Part shown: positions 57,409 to 64,000 of the stretch, piece after piece
How positions within the stretch are numbered: the stretch's first letter is position 1
Layout: each line of letters starts with the position of its first letter
Origin: an uncultured Pseudomonadota bacterium
GTDB lineage: Bacteria > Pseudomonadota > Gammaproteobacteria > Steroidobacterales > Steroidobacteraceae
Reading direction: 5' to 3'
NCBI GenBank assembly: GCA_903929455.1
Contig: CAIYVA010000110.1
Location: forward strand, 14,651-78,650
Length of the DNA: 64,000 nucleotides
Program-made: the position numbers and the translations under genes
Notes under the pieces: model-generated
Told to the model about the DNA's origin: nothing
Databases searched by the model: none
Seen by the model: only the letters and a program-made list of their open reading frames with translations

Positions 57409-58125
57409 TCAGCGGCTCAACGCCTGCTGCTGAGCGGCAAGCAATTGCTCGACGCCTGTGCTCGCCAAAGCCAGCATTGACGTCAGCTCATGCGGCCGAA
57501 AGGCATGCCCTTCTGCGGTTCCTTGAATCTCAACATACGCATCGATACCGTTCATGACCACATTCATGTCAGTCTCTGCCTGAGAGTCTTCAGCGTAGTC
57601 AAGATCAAGCACAGGTACGCCATTAAAAATGCCGACCGAAATAGCCGCCACTTGACCATGCACCGGGCTTGCGGATAGATCACGTCGCTTGATCAGGGTA
57701 GTAATGGCATCAACGAGAGCAACATAGCTACCCGTAATGGCTGCAGTTCGCGTGCCGCCATCTGCCTGCAGAACATCACAATCGAGCGTAATGGTGCGCT
57801 CTCCGAGCGCTTTGAGATCGATGACTGAGCGTAGGCTTCGACCAATGAGTCGCTGAATCTCTTGGGTGCGGCCGGTCTGCTTTCCGCGTGCCGCCTCTCG
57901 TGGGCTTCGGGTGTGCGTGGCGCGCGGCAGCATGCCGTACTCAGCAGTGATCCAGCCTTGGCCTTTATTGCGCAAAAAGCCCGGTACCCCTGCCTCAATA
58001 GAGGCGGTACACAATACGCGCGTACCACCAAACGCGACCAACACGGAGCCCTCGGCATGACGGGTAAAATGACGCTCAAAACTCACTTCCCGCATTTGAT
58101 TCGGGGCACGACCACTTGGACGCAT
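57409..58125 (-). CDS. rph: ribonuclease PH
   Basis: [14 protein letters not shown]..., [29 protein letters not shown] and [17 protein letters not shown] at 58125 (Met36 of the ORF). Confidence 0.95.
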   Translation of the reverse strand: MRPSGRAPNQMREVSFERHFTRHAEGSVLVAFGGTRVLCTASIEAGVPGFLRNKGQGWITAEYGMLPRATHTRSPREAARGKQTGRTQEIQRLIGRSLRSVIDLKALGERTITLDCDVLQADGGTRTAAITGSYVALVDAITTLIKRRDLSASPVHGQVAAISVGIFNGVPVLDLDYAEDSQAETDMNVVMNGIDAYVEIQGTAEGHAFRPHELTSMLALASTGVEQLLAAQQQALSR

Positions 58126-58156
58126 AACGATTCCCTCTAATAAATACTCGCGAGAT

Positions 58157-58945
58157 TTAAGCAGTCCATCGAACCACCACAGCTGACACATTATCACTCT
58201 GAGGTGCGGAAGCTCGCACACTAAAATCACCTAGAGCCTGCAAAGTGGCATTTAGATCCGAATGGGTACTTAAGGCCCTGGCAAGATCCATGTCTTGAAA
58301 GTTGCTCCAAAAGCCATCCGAGCAGACCAGGAGCAAGTCACTCACCTGCAGCACTTTGCGGCCAGTAACAGTCATTTCGGGAAGTACTGCGTCACCACCG
58401 AGACAATGCTCTACATAGTGACGCATCGGGTGCGACGACGCTTCAGCAGCCGTAATGCTGCCTTCACGCAATAACCGCTCCACATGGCTATGATCGCGCG
58501 TTCGGTGCACCAATGCCCCGTTACGGATTTGATAGAGGCGACTATCTCCCACATGTACCCAGTAGGAAGCGCCTTGCTGAATCAAACACGCAGCACAGGT
58601 AGCACGCGGCTTCGAATCAAACCGTAGGGCGTGACCCACCGCTACTACCGCATCATGGGCAGTCGCCATTGCCCGATGCAAAAACCCAATAGGATCAAGG
58701 ATAGGTGTCGTAACAGCCAAAAAGCCCGCCCGCAGTGAGTCAACGGCAGTCTGTGCTGCCAGCGCGCCACCCTGATGGCCGCCCATACCATCAGCCACCA
58801 CCACCAAGACTGCCTGATTGTTGGCGACTACAGCGAGTCGATCTTGGTTTTCTGCACGGTGACCAAGAAGACTTAACTGAGCGTATTCAAGTTGCAAACA
58901 ATCAATCCCGCGCCGGCAACAAGCCAGCCCTGTTAGAGTAGTCAT
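58157..58945 (-). CDS. PP2C-family serine/threonine protein phosphatase
   Basis: [16 protein letters not shown] and LVCSDGFW motifs. Confidence 0.85.
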   Translation of the reverse strand: MTTLTGLACCRRGIDCLQLEYAQLSLLGHRAENQDRLAVVANNQAVLVVVADGMGGHQGGALAAQTAVDSLRAGFLAVTTPILDPIGFLHRAMATAHDAVVAVGHALRFDSKPRATCAACLIQQGASYWVHVGDSRLYQIRNGALVHRTRDHSHVERLLREGSITAAEASSHPMRHYVEHCLGGDAVLPEMTVTGRKVLQVSDLLLVCSDGFWSNFQDMDLARALSTHSDLNATLQALGDFSVRASAPQSDNVSAVVVRWTA

Positions 58946-58971
58946 CTATTCTATCGCAGATGAGCGCCCCC

Positions 58972-59856
58972 ATGATTCGTAGCATGACTGGCTTTGCACG
59001 AGCTGAACGCGGTACCGATGCTGTCACCCTCATCTGGGAGTTGCGCACCGTTAATCATCGTTTTTTGGAAGTGAGCGTACGATTGCCTGAAGAGCTGCGC
59101 TCCAGTGAGGCAGAGTTTAGGCAAGCAATCGCCGCCACGGCAAAGCGTGGCAAGGTGGATGCGAGCCTACAACTGCGGGGCGCAAGCAGCGCTCATGTGA
59201 GCTTGGATATTGACGAGGCGTTTTTAGATGAATTGATTGCCAAAAGTCATGACGTCTCTAAACGAGCCACTGCTCGTGGTGGATCACTCGACGCACCTAC
59301 CCCTCTTGATTTGCTGCGCTGGCCTGGCGTTATTAAAGAGCAACCGCGCGATACCAGCCCACTATCGCCGCTCGCACACGAAGCGCTGAAAGACGCTTTG
59401 GAGACCCTAGCAACGAGTCGCGCCAGTGAGGGTAGTCGCATGGCCCAGCTGTTAGACGCGCGCTGTCGGCAGATTGAGACACTGGTGACCTCAGTCAGGA
59501 CGCGATTGCCCGAGGTCCACGTGCGCATTCGAAACCGACTCGAGGAGCGCTTAGCGAGCTTGTCTGCTCCGAGCGATACCAATCGAGAACGACTCGAGCA
59601 AGAAATTGCATTGCTGTTGTCAAAAATGGATGTCGATGAAGAGCTTGATCGACTGGTCAGCCATATCGCCGAAGTGGATAAGGCGCTCGCTGGCAGTGAA
59701 CCTGCTGGACGACGTCTCGATTTTCTCATGCAGGAATTTAATCGCGAAGCCAATACGCTGTCATCGAAATCTCAGGATCCTGAAACAACGCGGGCGGCAG
59801 TCGATATGAAAGTGCTGATTGAGCAAATGCTTGAACAGGTGCAAAACATCGAGTAG
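58972..59856 (+). CDS. yicC: YicC-family stress-induced protein (putative endoribonuclease)
   Basis: MIRSMTGFAR N-terminus and the C-terminal DFLMQEFNREANTLSSK motif. The ORF also offers ATG 58960. Confidence 0.9.
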   Translation: MIRSMTGFARAERGTDAVTLIWELRTVNHRFLEVSVRLPEELRSSEAEFRQAIAATAKRGKVDASLQLRGASSAHVSLDIDEAFLDELIAKSHDVSKRATARGGSLDAPTPLDLLRWPGVIKEQPRDTSPLSPLAHEALKDALETLATSRASEGSRMAQLLDARCRQIETLVTSVRTRLPEVHVRIRNRLEERLASLSAPSDTNRERLEQEIALLLSKMDVDEELDRLVSHIAEVDKALAGSEPAGRRLDFLMQEFNREANTLSSKSQDPETTRAAVDMKVLIEQMLEQVQNIE

Positions 59857-60063
59857 CATTGGTTTTTAAGCGCTGACGGCTTCTCACTAGCCGATGTCGA
59901 GCGAACTACCTAGTGGCCACTATCGCTCGCCATACACGACGTGCGCTTTGAATCGATTCCTGGAAAATTTGGCAGGAATACCCCGAAACTCACTGCCACA
60001 TGCGCCCTGGTTGGGGCTAACATCGAATGTCTAAGGACTACCGATTTAATTAAGATAGACGCC

Positions 60064-60729
60064 ATGGCACAGCCACCGAACGCCCCCCGGATACCCAGCA
60101 CCCGCGCTCGCGGTCGGCTATTCGTGGTCGCAGCACCCTCTGGCACAGGCAAAACGAGCTTGGTCAAAGGACTGATGGCGCGCGTACCCACGCTGAGTTG
60201 CTCGATTTCGCACACCACACGGCCACCGCGTCCCAACGAAGTAGAGGGCAAGGACTACTACTTCGTTAATAAGACAACCTTTCAGAAAATGATCGAGCAA
60301 GGCGCCTTTTTGGAACACGCCAGCGTCTTCGATCATTTTTACGGCACTGGCACACAACCGGTGGAACAAACACTCAGTCAGGGGCGGGATTTGCTACTCG
60401 AGATTGACTGGCAAGGTGCGCAGCAGGTTCGCCGTCACCTGCCTGAAGCGATCGATATTTTCATATTGCCCCCTTCCACAGAGGCGCTAGAAACGCGCTT
60501 GCGCAACCGCGCGACCGACACGGATGAGGTCATCGCTCGGCGCTTGCTGGATTCGGTCACTGAGCTGTCACACTGGCAGGAATTCAAGTACGCCTTAGTC
60601 AATGACCAATTTGAGCGCGCTCTAAGCGACCTGACGCAACTGGTCACCCAGGACCCGCGCCCTTTCGCGACAGACCGGACTGAGCTGGCTGCCTTGATGG
60701 ACCGCCTGCTCGCGGCACCCAAAGCTTAA
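60064..60729 (+). CDS. gmk: guanylate kinase
   Basis: [16 protein letters not shown]-loop, YYFV and FLEHA. ATG 60064 (Met42 of the ORF). Confidence 0.9.
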   Translation: MAQPPNAPRIPSTRARGRLFVVAAPSGTGKTSLVKGLMARVPTLSCSISHTTRPPRPNEVEGKDYYFVNKTTFQKMIEQGAFLEHASVFDHFYGTGTQPVEQTLSQGRDLLLEIDWQGAQQVRRHLPEAIDIFILPPSTEALETRLRNRATDTDEVIARRLLDSVTELSHWQEFKYALVNDQFERALSDLTQLVTQDPRPFATDRTELAALMDRLLAAPKA

Positions 60730-60803
60730 ATGGACTGAAATTAGCCGCTCAGGGGCTTTTCAGGTATGATGATCGACCCCGTATTCTTGTTCGGATAACG
60801 TGT

Positions 60804-61097
60804 ATGGCCCGCATCACCATCGAAGACTGCCTTAAGCAAGGCGTTGAAAACCAGTTCGAGCTCGTGCTCTTAGCAGCCAAGCGCGCTCGTCGCCTAGCCA
60901 ATGGCGCTGAAGCGCTGGTGGACTGGGAAAACGACAAGGTGACCGTAGTGGCCTTGAGAGAAATCGCTGAAGGCAAAGTCAGTCGGGACTTGTTGCTAGA
61001 AGCGGATCCAGAACCCGCACCGATGCTGCCGCCACAAGAAAGTGCGCTGGATTTGCCACCTGACTTTCGCGCACCGCAGTTTGGCTTAGGCGACTGA
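60804..61097 (+). CDS. rpoZ: DNA-directed RNA polymerase subunit omega
   Basis: [10 protein letters not shown]...[16 protein letters not shown]. Confidence 0.95.
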   Translation: MARITIEDCLKQGVENQFELVLLAAKRARRLANGAEALVDWENDKVTVVALREIAEGKVSRDLLLEADPEPAPMLPPQESALDLPPDFRAPQFGLGD

Positions 61098-61134
61098 GCG
61101 GAGGATCAGCGCTGACGTCAAGCGCGATCACCTC

Positions 61135-63318
61135 ATGGATTATGCGTCCTCCTTGCTCAGCTTCTTGCCGGGTGGGCGCCGCTCCCCTGGCATTGCTCAG
61201 CTACTCAGTAAGCTCGAGAGCTATCTTCCCGAAAATCAGATAGAGCGTATCCAGCACGCCTATGAGCTCGCGGAGCAGTCCCATAAAGGCCAGAAACGCC
61301 TCACAGGCGAAGCCTATATTTCTCACCCTGTAGCGGTCGCTGCCATCTTGGCCGACCTACATCTTGACGCTCAAACCATCTGTGCCGCACTGCTACATGA
61401 TGTTATTGAAGACACGCCTACTGCCAAAGAAGAAATCGTTGAGCAGTTCGGCCGTGAAGTCGCCGAGCTGGTCGACGGCGTTTCCAAATTAGATCAAGTC
61501 CAGTTTAAGAGTCGCAAAGAAGCGCAGGCAGAGTCATTTCGAAAAATGATTCTGGCGATGACACAAGACATCCGCATCATTATGGTGAAGCTTGCTGACC
61601 GCGTGCATAACATGCGAACGCTCGGCAGCATGCCGCCGATCAAGCGCCGACGTATAGCGCTAGAAACACTAGAAATTTATGCGCCAATCGCAAATCGGCT
61701 TGGCATCCATTCCATTAAGACTGAGCTTGAAAACCTTGGCTTTCAGAGCTTGTATCCGCAGCGACACAAAGTACTCGATCGCGAGCTTAAACGGGCGCAT
61801 GGCAATCAGAAAGAATTCTTGCCAAAAATCACTGACCGGCTCAGTGATGCTCTCAAAAAAGCAGCCTTAAAGGGGCTGGTCGAGTCACGAGAAAAGCATC
61901 TGTATGGCGTTTACCAAAAGATGCGCAAAAAGCATTTGCCGCTTGCCCAGATCATTGATGTCTTCGGAGTCCGAGTCATCGTCAACTCCGTGGATGACTG
62001 TTACCGCGCGCTAGGTGTTGTCCACAATGCCTACAAGCCCATGCCGGGTAGATTCAAAGACTACATTGCCATTCCCCGAATCAATGGATATCAGTCCCTG
62101 CACACCACTTTGTTTGGTCCGAACGGTATCCCGCTAGAAGTTCAGATCAGAACAACCGCGATGCACCAGCTAGCTGAGAATGGCATCGCAGCTCACTGGC
62201 AATACAAGACAGGGGAAGATACCGGCACAACGCAACCCGACCATGCACGCGACTGGTTGAAGAAATTAGTGCAAATGCAGGAGGGCGGGAGCTCTGAAGA
62301 ATTCGTAGAAAGCGTAAAGATCGATCTATTTCCAGACAAGGTCTACGTGTTTACACACAAGGGGGATATCTTGCGGCTGCCGCGCGGTGCCACGTGTGTC
62401 GACTTCGCGTACGCCGTTCATACCGATGTGGGCCGACGCTGCGTCGCCGCCAAAATCGATCGACGTTTGGCGCCCTTGCGGACGGCGTTGCGCAATGGTC
62501 AGACCGTGGAAATTATCACTGCAAAAAATGCGACACCCAATCCGGCATGGGCATCATTCGTGGTGACCGCTAAGGCGCGCGCCGCTATCCGTACTCACCT
62601 CAAGGGAATGCAGCATGGCGAGGCTATTGAGCTAGGCGAGCGCCTCGTTAATCAGGCGTTGACCGACTTCAAGCTCACCACAAAGGGCTTGGGTGAGGCT
62701 GCGTTGCTGGTAGCGGCACGGCAGTTAGGCTGCAAGAGCGCAGAAGACCTGTTTGAAAAAGTGGCGCTGGGAGAGCGGCTCGCGCCACTGGTCGCCCGTC
62801 ACTTATTGCCGGCAGATGGCGAGGTACCCGTCGGTCAGGCACTCGCCGATAGCACTGCCGTGACCGGCCGTAGCGGCGCATTGTCTATCGCCGGCACAGA
62901 AGGGCTGATGGTCAGCTACGCCCAGTGCTGCCACCCCATTCCCGGTGATGACATCATCGCATTCTTATCAATCGGACGCGGTGTGGTCATCCACCGCGCC
63001 AAGTGCGGCAATGTCAGCCATTGGCACAAGCACCCTGAGAAATGGTTGCCGGTTGCCTGGGAAGCGGACATTGACCGAACATTTGCGTCAGAAATCAAAA
63101 TTGAAGTCAGCAACCAACCTGGCGTATTAGCCGCGATCGCCTCAGGCATTGCCGCCACAGGCACTAATATCAGTCGTGCAGAGGTGGCTGAGCACGATGG
63201 CGAGTCCGCCACCATCACGGTCGAACTTCAGGTACGTCATCGAGTGCATTTAGCGACTGTATTGCGCGCTATACGCCATATGCCGGAGGCACTATCGATC
63301 ACCCGAGTCATCACTTGA
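61135..63318 (+). CDS. spoT: bifunctional (p)ppGpp synthetase II / ppGpp pyrophosphohydrolase
   Basis: HD hydrolase domain (HPVAVA...LLHDVIEDT), RelA/SpoT synthetase domain ([13 protein letters not shown]...GYQSLHT), then TGS and ACT regions. Confidence 0.95.
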   Translation: MDYASSLLSFLPGGRRSPGIAQLLSKLESYLPENQIERIQHAYELAEQSHKGQKRLTGEAYISHPVAVAAILADLHLDAQTICAALLHDVIEDTPTAKEEIVEQFGREVAELVDGVSKLDQVQFKSRKEAQAESFRKMILAMTQDIRIIMVKLADRVHNMRTLGSMPPIKRRRIALETLEIYAPIANRLGIHSIKTELENLGFQSLYPQRHKVLDRELKRAHGNQKEFLPKITDRLSDALKKAALKGLVESREKHLYGVYQKMRKKHLPLAQIIDVFGVRVIVNSVDDCYRALGVVHNAYKPMPGRFKDYIAIPRINGYQSLHTTLFGPNGIPLEVQIRTTAMHQLAENGIAAHWQYKTGEDTGTTQPDHARDWLKKLVQMQEGGSSEEFVESVKIDLFPDKVYVFTHKGDILRLPRGATCVDFAYAVHTDVGRRCVAAKIDRRLAPLRTALRNGQTVEIITAKNATPNPAWASFVVTAKARAAIRTHLKGMQHGEAIELGERLVNQALTDFKLTTKGLGEAALLVAARQLGCKSAEDLFEKVALGERLAPLVARHLLPADGEVPVGQALADSTAVTGRSGALSIAGTEGLMVSYAQCCHPIPGDDIIAFLSIGRGVVIHRAKCGNVSHWHKHPEKWLPVAWEADIDRTFASEIKIEVSNQPGVLAAIASGIAATGTNISRAEVAEHDGESATITVELQVRHRVHLATVLRAIRHMPEALSITRVIT

Positions 63319-63379
63319 AGCAAGCGACCGAACACCCGTAGCGTGCGACAATGCGCGCTGTAAAAAAGGAGACCACACC

Positions 63380-63760
63380 ATGGCCAGAAGCATTATTTCT
63401 ACTACCGAAGCACCCGCTGCCATTGGCACTTATTCACAAGCCGTCAAAGTCGGAAGTACCGTGTATATCTCGGGGCAAATTCCGCTAGATCCTGTGACAC
63501 AAACCATGGTGACAGGCGATTTTGAGGCGCAGGTGCGCCGTGTATTTGAAAATCTAAAAGCGATCGCCATCGCATCCGGTGGCACACTCGCCGATGCCGT
63601 GAAGGTCAACATCTTTTTGACGGATCTGTCGAACTTCGCGCTTGTCAACAAAGTGATGTCCGAATACTTCCCGGAGCCCTACCCTGCGCGTGCGGCGATT
63701 GGCGTGGCTTCGCTGCCCCGCGGCGCTGCGGTTGAGGCTGATTGCATTCTAGGGCTGTGA
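63380..63760 (+). CDS. ridA: RidA/YjgF-family reactive-intermediate deaminase
   Basis: [11 protein letters not shown]...YISGQIP...[18 protein letters not shown]. Confidence 0.9.
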   Translation: MARSIISTTEAPAAIGTYSQAVKVGSTVYISGQIPLDPVTQTMVTGDFEAQVRRVFENLKAIAIASGGTLADAVKVNIFLTDLSNFALVNKVMSEYFPEPYPARAAIGVASLPRGAAVEADCILGL

Positions 63761-64000
63761 ACCCAAAGCCTACCTCAACGGGAATTCCCGGAGCGGTGGC
63801 TTCGGAACTGCGACCTGTCACGGCCCTAAAAGGCGTCGGTGATGCCCTTGCTGCAAAGCTCGCCAAGCTTGGCGTAGAAACCGTTCAAGATGTGCTGTTT
63901 CTGTTGCCGCTTCGGTATGAAGATCGCACACAGATCATTCCTATTGGTTCACTTCGCGCGGGTGACCGCGTCGTGGTGGAAGGCGAAGTGCAACTGGCGG
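63757..64000 (+). CDS. recG: ATP-dependent DNA helicase RecG, N-terminal fragment (runs off the window)
   Basis: The frame opening at GTG 63757 (alternative GTG 63796) reads ...[35 protein letters not shown]...[10 protein letters not shown]. This parallels the E. coli RecG N-terminus. There is no stop before 64000. Confidence 0.8.
   Translation, partial: MNPKPTSTGIPGAVASELRPVTALKGVGDALAAKLAKLGVETVQDVLFLLPLRYEDRTQIIPIGSLRAGDRVVVEGEVQLA

Noticed and set aside
1-64000. CRISPR arrays, insertion sequences, prophage genes, rRNA
   Set aside because: I saw no regularly spaced direct repeats, and no transposase-, integrase-, capsid- or terminase-like ORFs in the six-frame track. I also saw no rRNA-like conserved strings.

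Overview
Chromosomal window from a gammaproteobacterium. The assignment rests on core synteny: pilMNOPQ-aroK-aroB with divergent ponA/mrcA, gltA, rpmE, hemW-rdgB-rph, yicC, and gmk-rpoZ-spoT-ridA-recG. There are about 60 tightly packed protein genes. I saw no rRNA or tRNA gene, CRISPR array, transposase or integrase. The first half holds three accessory blocks. (i) 0.2-19.5 kb is a catabolic supercluster: HsaC/BphC-like extradiol dioxygenase, CoA ligase, two tandem TetR paralogues, crotonase, a split MFE-2-type dehydrogenase/hydratase, a thiolase-fold/DUF35 fusion plus an SCP-x thiolase, a MaoC_N/MaoC hydratase pair, a P450, three acyl-CoA dehydrogenases, an SDR and an NTF2-fold protein. This inventory is typical of sterol/bile-acid-type side-chain and ring degradation. 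(ii) 19.7-21.0 kb is an isolated two-gene module, winged-helix protein plus minimal nucleotidyltransferase. It has a repeat-rich operator-like leader and a strong downstream terminator, and resembles a toxin-antitoxin/abortive-infection system. (iii) 21.0-29.1 kb is a dimethylamine-monooxygenase-type dmmABCD cluster with an APC permease, formate-THF ligase and 5-formyl-THF cyclo-ligase. The second half is housekeeping, with three oddities: a 612-aa Ig-like-repeat lipoprotein between pilQ and aroK, an orphan PP2C phosphatase ahead of rph, and a ~450-nt gene-free stretch between rpmE and hemW. That stretch carries three clustered DnaA boxes, an AT-rich tract and an orphan plus-strand terminator. 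All functional calls come from by-eye motif and family recognition in the supplied ORF translations and from reading the DNA. No database search or folding program was run, so start codons and family assignments carry the stated uncertainty.
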